Positions 37,083-46,410 of a DNA stretch of 61,738 nucleotides are shown here, piece after piece; the stretch's first letter is position 1, and every line of letters starts with the position of its first letter. Where the stretch lies: positions 1-61,738 of the forward strand of contig JAUXSI010000028.1 in the NCBI GenBank assembly GCA_030679985.1. Direction: 5' to 3'. Below the pieces are notes generated by a model. That model made no database searches and was not told where the DNA came from. It saw only the letters and a list, made by a program, of their open reading frames with translations. Source of the DNA: Candidatus Moraniibacteriota bacterium. Its GTDB lineage: Bacteria > Patescibacteriota > Minisyncoccia > Moranbacterales > UBA2206. Both the position numbers and the translations under genes were made by a program.

Positions 37083-38039
37083 CTACTTTGAACACTCCAG
37101 CGCGGTCTGCAGATTGGCCAGATTTTCCCGCATAACGGTAAAATAATCCTTGCCTTGGGACAACTCTTCTTCATCGAGCCCTTCGATCGGATTAAGCACC
37201 AGCGTCTGGGCGCCGACTTCATCGGCAATCGTCTGGGAAAGCTTGGGACTCGCCAGGCTTTCAAAAAATATATATCTGACTCCGTTGTCCCGGGCGAAGC
37301 GGGAAATCCCAGCCAAGTCCCGCAAGGAAGGTTCGGCATCGGGAGACAGACCGGCGATCGCCACTTGGTTGAAACCATAGGCCGCGGCCAAATAGCTGAA
37401 AGCGTTATGGGCGGTGATGATATTTTTTCCCGCGCAATCCCCCAAGCCCTGGCGATATTCCTGATCCAATCCGTCTAACCGGGATTTGAGAACCTCCGCG
37501 TTGGAAACATAATAATCCGCGTTCTCCGGATCGGCCTGCTGGAAACCTTGCGCGATCTTGTCAGTCATCTGCCAGACCAGCACTGGATCAAGCCAGATAT
37601 GGGGATCCGTTTTCATCTGCCCATCCCGTTCCATCTGCCGCGTAGCCAAACCCTCTCCCGCCCGGATGATCGTCGTTTTGCCGGCATCGATATTTTTTTC
37701 GATATCCTTCCCCCAAGCTTCCAGGCCGGCGCCGTTCAAAATAATGAGCCGGCTATTTTCCATCTTCGCCATATCCCGGGCGGTCGGTTCATATTCGTGC
37801 GGCTCCGCTCCAGCCGGCACGATACCGGATACGGCCGCCCGGCCGCCCCCGATTTCGCTGGCTATGAAATAGAGCGGATAGAAACTGGCGACTACCTCGA
37901 TTTTTTCCGTCGCGACATCCCCGGAAGGCTGCCCGCCATTCCTAGCTGACAAAAAAAACGCTCCGGAAACGGCCAGTCCGAGAATAATAAAAATAATGGC
38001 GATGTTTTTTTTCATATTTTTCATTTGCATTTCCGGCAC
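37083..38039 (-). CDS. Metal ABC transporter substrate-binding protein (TroA/ZnuA cluster-9 family)
   Basis: 318 aa with a signal anchor and conserved EPHEYEP and DPHIWLDP metal-ligand motifs. The start may be the downstream MKKNIAI at 38015, which would remove the overlap with the regulator gene. Confidence 0.9.
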   Translation of the reverse strand: MPEMQMKNMKKNIAIIFIILGLAVSGAFFLSARNGGQPSGDVATEKIEVVASFYPLYFIASEIGGGRAAVSGIVPAGAEPHEYEPTARDMAKMENSRLIILNGAGLEAWGKDIEKNIDAGKTTIIRAGEGLATRQMERDGQMKTDPHIWLDPVLVWQMTDKIAQGFQQADPENADYYVSNAEVLKSRLDGLDQEYRQGLGDCAGKNIITAHNAFSYLAAAYGFNQVAIAGLSPDAEPSLRDLAGISRFARDNGVRYIFFESLASPKLSQTIADEVGAQTLVLNPIEGLDEEELSQGKDYFTVMRENLANLQTALECSK

Positions 38040-38443
38040 AAGCCATAAAATTCCAAGGAATGGGCCAAGACCTTGAATTTCGCTTTTTTATAAATCCTGT
38101 CTTCCTGCCGTTTCAGATGGTTTCCCATAACGATCTCTTGCACGCTGTCGCATTTGGTACAGACCAGATGGTGATGATGTTCCGGCGACACTATTTCATA
38201 ATATGTTTTACGGTCGGCAATCCGGATTTCTTTGATAATGTTTTTTTCAAGCAAAAAACCCAACTCACGATAGACGGTGGTGCGGTCGGCCGCCAAGCCG
38301 GACGCTGACAGGCGCGCTCGGATTTCCGAAGCGGAAAGGAGGCATTTCTCCGCAAACAGAATCACGACCATCGCTTTGCGTATCTTGGTGAGGCGATGGC
38401 CGTCCCGTTTAATTTTTTCAAATATATTATCGATGTCCCGCAT
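38021..38443 (-). CDS. Fur-family metalloregulator (Zur-like by context)
   Basis: 140 aa with a winged-helix N-domain, HHHHLVCTKC...(x)...CRKC structural-zinc Cys pairs and a His cluster. First gene of the metal-uptake operon. Confidence 0.88.
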   Translation of the reverse strand: MRDIDNIFEKIKRDGHRLTKIRKAMVVILFAEKCLLSASEIRARLSASGLAADRTTVYRELGFLLEKNIIKEIRIADRKTYYEIVSPEHHHHLVCTKCDSVQEIVMGNHLKRQEDRIYKKAKFKVLAHSLEFYGLCRKCK

Positions 38444-38448
38444 ATTAA

Positions 38449-38471
38449 TTATTGCAACATTGTTGCAATAA
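38449..38471. promoter_or_regulatory. Perfect 23-bp palindrome, candidate Fur/Zur box
   Basis: TTATTGCAACA-T-TGTTGCAATAA lies 6 nt upstream of the regulator's ATG (38443). It is AT-rich with 11-1-11 symmetry, like Fur-family operators. Confidence 0.65.
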
Positions 38472-38568
38472 CTATATCGCGACCAGTCCTGCCTGTCAAG
38501 GAAATATGGTCAAAAAACAAGCGGGACAATGACAGCCGCCCGCCTGTTTTTTTGACCGGATCGGTTTT

Positions 38569-38676
38569 TTACATATCGACTATAGTCTTGAATCCCCCGT
38601 AAGCCATCCGGCGCTCATCGAACGGCATCGATTTGTCCTTGTTTTTCGGATCGGACATAAATTCTTTCATCGCCAT
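38569..38676 (-). pseudogene. C-terminal remnant of a DUF1428-like gene
   Basis: A 35-codon ORF, MAMKEFMSDPKNKDKSMPFDERRMAYGGFKTIVDM*, parallels the C-terminus of the gene at 61529.. (...SKDMSAPFDMERMAYGGFQVEVEG*). The shared nucleotide core is CCGTAAGCCATCCG. Confidence 0.45.
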
Positions 38677-38823
38677 ATTTTATTCTAATACAATCCGGGG
38701 GAAGTTTATTTTTCACTTCGCCGGACGCCGGCAGGAATATCCGAGACCGTAGGATGGTAATACTTCATAACCTGCCGCGCTGGAAATACGCGCGTCAGCG
38801 ACGCTAAATCATAACTAAAAAAT

Positions 38824-39972
38824 ATGGACAAAAAAACACGGATGAAAACCATCCTCATAATACTGGCGGCAATCCTGGTTCCGGCCTGGGTGTCGGCGGC
38901 AACGGTCTGGGGAGGTAAAGAATTCACACTAGGGAAAAACGAAACTATCGATGATAACCTCTATGTCGGCGCGAGCGACGTGACGGTTTCCGGCGAAGTG
39001 AAAAATGACCTGCTGGCGGCCGGAGGGATCGTTCTGCTGACCGGCACCGTAGGCGAGGACGCGACACTGGCGGGAGGCAACGTGGATGTCCTGGGTGAAG
39101 TGCGGGGAGACTTGCGCCTGGCCGGAGGCCAATTGACCATAGGCAAGAATGTGGGCGGAGATTTGGCAATGGCCGGAGGAAACGCACAGGTGTTGCCTGA
39201 GGTTACCGTGGGAAAGGATATGCTGATCGGCGCTGGCAATGCCGTACTGTCAGGCACGGTCAATGGCGATGTCCGCGGAGGTGGCGGGACCGTCACTATA
39301 AACGGCACCGTCCATGGCGACGTGATTTTGGATGTTTCCCAAAAGTTGATCTTGGGACGGAACGCCATCCTGGAAGGCGATTTGCAATACCGCTCTCCGA
39401 TCAAAGCGGAAATCGCGGAAGGCGCCGCGATACAAGGCGAGATCACCTATGTTCCCTTGCGGATGAAAAACGGAACGGATGGAGGCCGGCAGACGCTGGC
39501 CGGAGCCATAAATTTTTTCCATCTGTCCAGTCTGGCGGCCGCACTGATCGTCGGCCTGGTTTTGGCGCTCTATTTCAAGCCTGGCTTGGATGGAATGATG
39601 CGTACGATCTCCGCCGGATTCGGCCAGGAATTGGTCCGGGGACTGGTGGTCGCCGTGGTGTCGCCAATCGCCATCCTTATCCTTTTTGCGACCATCATCG
39701 GCTGGATTGCCGGCTTAACCGCCCTATTGGCCTATCTTATCCTGTTGATTATCAGCAACGTCTTGGCCGGCCTGATTTTCGGAAGCCTGCTTGCGAAATA
39801 TTGGTATAAAAAAGGCGTGGCTGAAGTGACTTGGAAAAACGCGCTTGGCGGCATCATCATTCTCGCGATCCTGGGCTACATCCCGCTTATCGGCTGGCTA
39901 GCGTGGCTAGTCTTCTTCCTGGTGGCATTGGGAGTGCTCAGTAGCAAGTTTTGGCAAAAAATAAAAAGCTGA
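38824..39972 (+). CDS. Membrane protein: signal peptide, beta-helix-type (bactofilin/polymer-forming-like) repeat ectodomain, multi-TM C-terminus
   Basis: 382 aa. About 10 degenerate repeats of the G(D/N)(V/L)...G.V.GD(L/V) type (e.g. VSGEVKNDLLAAGG, LTGTVGEDATLAGG, VLGEVRGDLRLAGG) are followed by about 5 TM helices. Confidence 0.7.
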   Translation: MDKKTRMKTILIILAAILVPAWVSAATVWGGKEFTLGKNETIDDNLYVGASDVTVSGEVKNDLLAAGGIVLLTGTVGEDATLAGGNVDVLGEVRGDLRLAGGQLTIGKNVGGDLAMAGGNAQVLPEVTVGKDMLIGAGNAVLSGTVNGDVRGGGGTVTINGTVHGDVILDVSQKLILGRNAILEGDLQYRSPIKAEIAEGAAIQGEITYVPLRMKNGTDGGRQTLAGAINFFHLSSLAAALIVGLVLALYFKPGLDGMMRTISAGFGQELVRGLVVAVVSPIAILILFATIIGWIAGLTALLAYLILLIISNVLAGLIFGSLLAKYWYKKGVAEVTWKNALGGIIILAILGYIPLIGWLAWLVFFLVALGVLSSKFWQKIKS

Positions 39973-40061
39973 CGGATTGCCAGCCGGAACCTGCGGAATG
40001 ACCCGGGCCGGAACGGATGACGCTATTTTCGCCTCCTATAATATATAAAGACTCCGGCCGC

Positions 40062-43000
40062 TTACTGGTCGGAGTCTTTGTCTATCATCATCACGTACAA
40101 AGTCGGGATGACGAAAAGCGTCAGAAAAGAAGAAAGGAATAATCCGAAAATTATGGTCGAGCCCATCGCCAACCAAGTTTCGTTGGAAAGCGTGACGGGC
40201 GTGATGCCGGCGATGGTACAGATGGATGTGATGGAAATCGCTTCCAAGCGCGACTTCCCGGCGTCGACAACCGCTTCGAAAAAAGCGATGCCGGTCCGGA
40301 TATTGAGATTGATCTTATCGACCAAGATGATCGCGTTTTTAACCACGATTCCAAAGAGCGCTACGACCCCGATGAGGGCCGGAAAACTCAGGCTGACCCC
40401 GAACAGCGCCAGGCCGAAAAAAACGCCGATGAGCGCCAACGGGATGGTCACCAACACGATGAAAGTTTTCTTGAAAGAGTTGAACTGGATGACCAGGGTC
40501 GCGATGATCAGGATCAACGCGATGACCATCGCGCGGATGATCGATTGTACCGATTCGGCATTCTGCTCATTTTCCCCGCCATAGGCTATCTCGTAGCCTG
40601 GGGGCAACTTATAATCCTTGATCTTATTTTGGAATTCCGCGACGGCATCAGTAGAAGAGGTTTCCCCGCTCACGCCCGCCGAAAGCAGCACGGCCCGCCG
40701 CTGATTGATGCGGGTTATCTTATCGACTGACGGTTCCAATCTGATTCGCGCGACATCCCGCAAAAAAATCGATTCTCCGGCATTGTTTTTGATCTGCAAG
40801 TTTTGCAAAGCTTCCAGATCGGGAATTTTTCCTTCCCCGAAACGGGCCACGACCTTTATCTCGTCGCCTCCCTTGATTATTTCAGTCACTTCCGTTCCGG
40901 AAATCGCCATCCGTATAGTCGATCCGATGCGTAACGCGTCGATTCCGAGAAGTTCCATCCGGCCGTGATCCAACAAAAAAACATAATCAGCCGGGGAACT
41001 CTTCAATGAAATTTCCGCATCCACGACTCCCGGAACGGAAGATAGGATAGGCTTCAGATCCTGGGCGATGCCATCTAAAACATCCAGATCCTCGCCCAAA
41101 ATCTGCGCTTCAAAAGCCGCTCCGGCTGGCGGACCGCCGCTTAAGGTTTGGACGGTGATGGCCGCTCCCTGGATGTCGGCGATATCCCGTCGGACGACTT
41201 CGGCGAATTCATAGGATTTGAGCGTGCGGTCCTCTTCTTCCTGGAGTTTGATGGTAATCTGGGCCCGATGCGAAGGATTGGCCGAACTGTTTACGAAATT
41301 ACCGCTGAATCCGCCGCTTCCCACGACCGTGGAAAGACTGATGATTTCCGGATAGCCGGCCAACCGTTCTTCCACCTGCGATACGATCTTGCCGGTTTCT
41401 TCCAAGCGCAATCCCACCGGCGCTTCAATATTGATGAACATCAGTTCCGCGTCCGTAACTGGAAAAAATTCACTCTTGACCACCCCCGCGATCGGCAAAG
41501 CGACTGCCGTCAAAAGCAGGACGGTCACGAAAATTACCGTCGCCACCCGCCTTTTTTTCGTAACCAGGATTTTTCTCAGATATTTTTCATAAACCGGAAT
41601 CAACCGGTCAAAACGGATAATGCCGTGGATCAGCCGCGACAAGAACGCGCCGTCCTTATGGTCGCCTTGGGTCCGCAATTTCTCTTTGATCAATCCGTCG
41701 TCGCGCCATTCGCGCTCCATCAATCCGGCATTGGCCAATAATGCAGCTTTCCCTTTCCGGAAATACCAATCCAACATCCAATAGGCTGCGATGGCGCCGG
41801 CGGACATAAGCACGGTCCTGACGACCAGATCAGCGGCATACCAACCGGATATCCCGACAGACGCCGCGAGAGCCAGCCATATGAAAAACATTTTGCGGGT
41901 CAGGCGCACGCGCTCGAGCACCGCCGCCAGCGGATGGTTGATGACCAAGGCTATGGCCAAGGACGCTAAGAGCGTCACCGAAACCGTGATCGGAATGGAA
42001 CGGATATATTCCCCGATGATACCGCTGGCAAAAAGCAACGGCAAAAATGCCCAGACGGTCGTAAGGGTCGTAGTGAACAGGACCACCTTGAAATCGTTCA
42101 ATACCAGCAGAACCGCTTCTTCCGGCGTGAATTTTCCAGTCCGGAGATATTGCTTGGTGGCGCTCACTACGACAATCGCATCATCCACCAAAAGTCCAAG
42201 TGCCAAGATGAGTGAAATCATCGAGAGGAAATTCAAGCTGATCCCGACTTGGAGCATCACGCCGAAAGTCGCGAAAAAAACCAATGGAATCGCCAAGCTT
42301 GCCACCAGTGCCTCCTTGAGTCCGATTACCAGGAACAAAATCGCGAAAACCAAAATGATGGTCAGTATGAAATCATGCACCAGCTGGTCGAAATTCTTCC
42401 TGATTTCTTTGGCCGTATCTATGGTAATGTCATACGTTATGCCGGCCGGAGCGTCTTTGATCATTTCATCCAGCTTCTCTTTCGAAGCGTCCGCCGTCTT
42501 GATGATCGAACCGCCGGTCTTTTTGATTATATCGATATTCACGCTGTCGGCCGGTTTTTCTCCCTGCCGGGAAAAATGGGAGAGGACGGTTTTCTTAATG
42601 GCCCGATCCCGCACCTCCGCCATATCCTTAAGATAAATTATCGCGCCGCCAGCCGTATGGAAAACCGGGATGTTCCCCAAAGCTTCCGCATCGAAAAAAC
42701 GCGCGTCCGTCCGGACGGCATAATTGTAATCATTACCTTGGAAATTGCCGCCCGGAACCTGCGAATTAGCCTCCGCCACGATCCGATTGGCTTCCAGCGG
42801 AGACAAACCGTAGAAAGCCAGTTTTTCCGGATCATAAGCGATTTCAAATTCGCGCTCATCCCCGCCCGAAACCATCACTTCCCGCACGCCGGAAATTTTT
42901 TCCAGCTCCGCTTGGACATCCTCGGCAAAATCGCGCAGAACGAACCCGTCATACGGTCCAGCGATCGAAACGGAAAAAATCGGCGTGTCATCGACTGATA

Positions 43001-43460
43001 TTTCCGCCACGACCGGATCCTCGGCATCCTCGGGTAAATTTTCCCTGGCATCATCGACAGCATCCCGTAATTTCCTGATACTGCCTTCCAGATCAGCCTT
43101 GGCGCTGAATTCCACCGTGATGGACGAAACCGAATTGGAAGAGCTAGATGTGATTTTGTCGATATCCTTAAGGCCCGCAATTTCGGTTTCCAGCTTTTCC
43201 GTCACCAAATCTTCAACATTGGCCGGCGACGCCCCAGGGAAAACCGTCGTCACTATCGCAATCGGAATCTTCACTTCCGGATCGGATTCGACCGGCAAGG
43301 CGATATAGGAATATATTCCCGCACCGGCCAATAGCATTATCAGAAGCAGCACCACCCGGAAATTAGTGACAAAAAAATTCAAAAAACTCTTCCGGAGTTC
43401 CGGCCGGAATTCCAGTTTTTCAAGATATTGGTAATCGGAAGATTTGTTGTTATCAGGCAT
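40062..43460 (-). CDS. RND-family efflux transporter permease (AcrB/HAE-like)
   Basis: 1132 aa with 12-TM topology, two large loops and duplicated halves. Confidence 0.95.
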   Translation of the reverse strand: MPDNNKSSDYQYLEKLEFRPELRKSFLNFFVTNFRVVLLLIMLLAGAGIYSYIALPVESDPEVKIPIAIVTTVFPGASPANVEDLVTEKLETEIAGLKDIDKITSSSSNSVSSITVEFSAKADLEGSIRKLRDAVDDARENLPEDAEDPVVAEISVDDTPIFSVSIAGPYDGFVLRDFAEDVQAELEKISGVREVMVSGGDEREFEIAYDPEKLAFYGLSPLEANRIVAEANSQVPGGNFQGNDYNYAVRTDARFFDAEALGNIPVFHTAGGAIIYLKDMAEVRDRAIKKTVLSHFSRQGEKPADSVNIDIIKKTGGSIIKTADASKEKLDEMIKDAPAGITYDITIDTAKEIRKNFDQLVHDFILTIILVFAILFLVIGLKEALVASLAIPLVFFATFGVMLQVGISLNFLSMISLILALGLLVDDAIVVVSATKQYLRTGKFTPEEAVLLVLNDFKVVLFTTTLTTVWAFLPLLFASGIIGEYIRSIPITVSVTLLASLAIALVINHPLAAVLERVRLTRKMFFIWLALAASVGISGWYAADLVVRTVLMSAGAIAAYWMLDWYFRKGKAALLANAGLMEREWRDDGLIKEKLRTQGDHKDGAFLSRLIHGIIRFDRLIPVYEKYLRKILVTKKRRVATVIFVTVLLLTAVALPIAGVVKSEFFPVTDAELMFINIEAPVGLRLEETGKIVSQVEERLAGYPEIISLSTVVGSGGFSGNFVNSSANPSHRAQITIKLQEEEDRTLKSYEFAEVVRRDIADIQGAAITVQTLSGGPPAGAAFEAQILGEDLDVLDGIAQDLKPILSSVPGVVDAEISLKSSPADYVFLLDHGRMELLGIDALRIGSTIRMAISGTEVTEIIKGGDEIKVVARFGEGKIPDLEALQNLQIKNNAGESIFLRDVARIRLEPSVDKITRINQRRAVLLSAGVSGETSSTDAVAEFQNKIKDYKLPPGYEIAYGGENEQNAESVQSIIRAMVIALILIIATLVIQFNSFKKTFIVLVTIPLALIGVFFGLALFGVSLSFPALIGVVALFGIVVKNAIILVDKINLNIRTGIAFFEAVVDAGKSRLEAISITSICTIAGITPVTLSNETWLAMGSTIIFGLFLSSFLTLFVIPTLYVMMIDKDSDQ

Positions 43461-43461
43461 A

Positions 43462-44550
43462 TTATTGCGTGACTATCTTATCCCCATCCTGGACTAGCCG
43501 GCTTCCATCGATGATGATCAGGCTTCCGGCCGCCAGATCCGTCCGCACCTCGGCGTTTTCCCCGAAAATTTTCACGATTTCCGCCGGATTTTTCTTGGCT
43601 TGCCCGTCTTCCGCCACGAACAGATACGTTTCATTCTGTCCGACCGTCACGGCGGAAAGCGGCAAAATTATCAAATCATCACCCGCGGCTTCCCGCCGGG
43701 CATCGACAAAAACATCGACAACCGTTCCGATAGCCAAAGCGCCAGGCCCGGACGGCACCGCCTCCACCAAAAATCTCTTCGTCGCCGCATCAGCTTGGAT
43801 GGAAACATTGGCGATTTTAGCTGGGGCTTCCTTGCCGCCGCTATCGACAACCACGTTATCCCCCACTTTCACATTCGCCAAGCCTTCCTGGCTCACATAA
43901 AACTTGACTTTGATCTTCTCCGGCCGGGAAACGGTTGCCAAAATTTGTCCGGCCGAAATCGAACCGCCGACCGCGATGTTTTTTGCGGTCACGTAACCAG
44001 TGATCGGCGCCTTGACCAAGCGATTGTCCACCGCCGCGTCCAGCGCGATTTGCGCGTTTTGCTTTTGCAACTTGGCGATGTCTTTGGCAGTCTTATTGTC
44101 CTTCGTGTCATCCTTGTCATAATTCCGCTTAGCCTGGTCATAAGCCTCATCGGATTGCTTGAGCGCGTTTTCCAATTGCTGGATCTGGCCGTTAGCGAAT
44201 CCTTCCTTGCCTACACCCGCTAATCCGGCCGGATCATCGATCCGGACCAAAACTTTTCCGCGCCCCACTTGGTCGCCCAAACGGAAATCCACCGCGGTCG
44301 CTGTCCCATTTAGGCCAGCTATAATGTTTATTTCCTGATCGCCCGCGACAATCGCCGGATACTTGATCCGATCGCGCGATTCTTTCAAATTTTCGATTTT
44401 TTCAACGCCCACCACGGTCGCTTTCTTTTCCGCGACGAAACCGCCCAGACTTTTTTCACTTTCCCGAAAGACAGCCAAGGTAGCCACCAATCCCATTAAG
44501 ACGATTGAAATAAAAACCTTCCGTTTATTTTCTCCGATTATCCTCATCAT
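43462..44550 (-). CDS. RND efflux periplasmic adaptor subunit
   Basis: 362 aa with a signal anchor, a coiled-coil hairpin and lipoyl/beta-barrel segments. Its stop lies 1 nt before the RND gene. Confidence 0.9.
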   Translation of the reverse strand: MMRIIGENKRKVFISIVLMGLVATLAVFRESEKSLGGFVAEKKATVVGVEKIENLKESRDRIKYPAIVAGDQEINIIAGLNGTATAVDFRLGDQVGRGKVLVRIDDPAGLAGVGKEGFANGQIQQLENALKQSDEAYDQAKRNYDKDDTKDNKTAKDIAKLQKQNAQIALDAAVDNRLVKAPITGYVTAKNIAVGGSISAGQILATVSRPEKIKVKFYVSQEGLANVKVGDNVVVDSGGKEAPAKIANVSIQADAATKRFLVEAVPSGPGALAIGTVVDVFVDARREAAGDDLIILPLSAVTVGQNETYLFVAEDGQAKKNPAEIVKIFGENAEVRTDLAAGSLIIIDGSRLVQDGDKIVTQ

Positions 44551-44667
44551 ATTTTTATGGATTATTCTTTAAAAAATCATCTGGCTATCCTACCATCAAA
44601 AGTCGCGCTAGTCAAGGATTAAACGGAGTCGGAAGCCCGCCCATATCGCTATCCGAAGCGCTTATGA

Positions 44668-44700
44668 AACAAAAAGAATAGGGTCCCGATGGACCCTATT
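44668..44700 (-). terminator. Intrinsic terminator of metK
   Basis: AATAGGGTCC-CGAT-GGACCCTATT (10-bp stem), followed by a T-run on the minus strand. Confidence 0.75.
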
Positions 44701-44725
44701 CCTATGCGCTATATTTACTGCGAAG

Positions 44726-45772
44726 CTAGATTTTTTCCCACGGCAAGCTTTCCTTCCCGAAATGTCCATACGCCGCCGTTTCTTGGAAGATTGGCAACCG
44801 AAGGCCCAAAGTTTCGATGATCGCTTGCGGACGGAAATCGAAATTCTTTTTGACGATTTCCGCCAAGCTCTCCCCTTTTTCATTAAGTGCCTCCACCATC
44901 AGCGGTTCAGCTTTGCCGATAGCATAGGCCACGCTCACCAAACATTCCTTGGCAAGGCCTTGGGCCACCATTTGTTTGGCCACATAGCGGGCCATATAAG
45001 CGGCGCTGCGATCAACCTTGGTCGAATCCTTGCCGGAAAAAGCCCCGCCGCCGTGCGGCACCAATCCGCAATACGTGTCCACCATGATTTTCCGGCCGGT
45101 CAATCCCGTATCCGCTTCGAATCCGCCTTGGACGAAATTGCCGGTCGGATTGACCAGAATTTCAATTCCGGAAATGTCCCCGATCACCGGGATGATGACA
45201 CCTTCGATGATTTGCTGGCGGATCTGGGCGCTGTCGATGGACTTGTCATGCTGGCAACTCACCAGCACGGAAGATATTTTTCCGTCATGGACGCTGATTT
45301 GCGTTTTCCCATCCGGACGCATCCAGGCGAAATCCGCGTCATTATTCCTCAGCTCTTCCATTTTTTTCGCCAGCGCATGCACCTTCACGACCGACTCCGG
45401 CATAAATTCCTCCGTTTCGTCCGTCGCGTAGCCATACATTATCCCCTGGTCTCCCGCGCCGCCCGTATCGACTCCCTGGGCGATATCCGGCGATTGCTTG
45501 ACGATCCGCACTGAGATATCCAAATCCTGGTCATAACCGATTTTTTTATATACCTCCCGCGCTATCTTCTCAAAATCGACATCCGCCTTAGTCGTCACTT
45601 CCCCGCCGATGACCAGCGTGCCGTGGCCGCCGAAAGTTTCCACTGCCACGCGGCTCATCGGATCCGCCTTGAGGCAAGCGTCCAAGATAGCATCGGAAAT
45701 CTGGTCACAGACTTTGTCGGGATGGCCGGCCGTGACGCTCTCTACCGTATAAGTTTTTGGTTTATAGAACAT
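44726..45772 (-). CDS. metK: S-adenosylmethionine synthase (methionine adenosyltransferase), short form
   Basis: 348 aa with ESVTAGHPDKVCDQISDAILD, GAGDQGIMYGYA and GGGAFSGKDSTKVDRSAAY. Confidence 0.95.
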   Translation of the reverse strand: MFYKPKTYTVESVTAGHPDKVCDQISDAILDACLKADPMSRVAVETFGGHGTLVIGGEVTTKADVDFEKIAREVYKKIGYDQDLDISVRIVKQSPDIAQGVDTGGAGDQGIMYGYATDETEEFMPESVVKVHALAKKMEELRNNDADFAWMRPDGKTQISVHDGKISSVLVSCQHDKSIDSAQIRQQIIEGVIIPVIGDISGIEILVNPTGNFVQGGFEADTGLTGRKIMVDTYCGLVPHGGGAFSGKDSTKVDRSAAYMARYVAKQMVAQGLAKECLVSVAYAIGKAEPLMVEALNEKGESLAEIVKKNFDFRPQAIIETLGLRLPIFQETAAYGHFGKESLPWEKI

Positions 45773-45809
45773 AGTTTTAGCTGGTTTTAAAAATTAAAAA
45801 ATCCCTTTG

Positions 45810-45975
45810 CCGAAAAGAGATCTGAAATCGACCATTTATCTCTTCTCGGAAATTACCGGCACGCGATGCGCCGATAAATCGAGCTGGAAGGGGCACCCTT
45901 TCCTGGAAGTCACTCCAAGATGGTTGCCGGATGGGTCGTCGAGCCAGTGCTCTGCCATCACTCTTGATAAATACC
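45810..45975 (-). ncRNA. SAM-I (S-box) riboswitch with terminator, in the metK leader
   Basis: The minus strand reads TTATCAAGAGTGATGGCAGAGCACTGGCTCGACGACCCATCCGGCAACC...AAGGGTGCCCCTTCCAGC...GAGAAGAGATAA. These are the S-box hallmarks: P1 TTATC/GATAA, AGAG-GGC-GAG, GCAACC and GGTGCC. It is followed by AGAGAT...ATCTCTTTTC. Confidence 0.85.
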
Positions 45976-45993
45976 TTATTCGATTGTTTTTTG

Positions 45994-46020
45994 ATTATAG
46001 CATGGTTTCAAAGAATGCAA
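45994..46020 (-). promoter_or_regulatory. Promoter of the riboswitch-metK unit (extended -10)
   Basis: On the minus strand: TTGCAT (46020..46015), a 15-nt spacer, then TGcTATAAT (46002..45994). The -10 ends about 20 nt upstream of the riboswitch P1 stem. Confidence 0.5.
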
Positions 46021-46410
46021 CAGCCAAGCCGGCTGGTCGAAAAACGCAGGAAAAAAGCCCCGCCAGGAAATCGGGACTTTTTTTTCTGCGCTCTTTCCGC
46101 GACTATTTTCAATAACCGGCTTATGGATATAAGTGTACTACCTTGGCCTGGAATTCCGTTTAAAGAAAAAATAATCCTTGCGTTTAGAAATAATTTATCC
46201 CGAATTTATGGCCGATAAGTTTGCTTTATTCCGGTTATTAATTTAAAATATAAGGGACGCTTTGGTATGGAACTGGGCGCCGGATGCGCATTTTTTAACT
46301 CCGGAGCGGAATCAGTCTGCGCTCCATTGCCGGTACCTCGTTTGCTTTTTTTAAAATGGAACCGTCCTGCCTTTTTATTAATTAAAATCGGATTGAAATT
46401 CAAACTGATT

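Noticed and set aside
38706-38927. 73-aa minus-strand ORF overlapping the start of the beta-helix membrane protein
   Set aside because: It overlaps a better gene, has no SD and has an unremarkable translation.
46053-46090. Terminator-like A-run, short GC stem and T-run in the metK/response-regulator spacer
   Set aside because: The stem is only about 4 bp (CCCG/CGGG) and no gene or RNA ends there. It is probably fortuitous.
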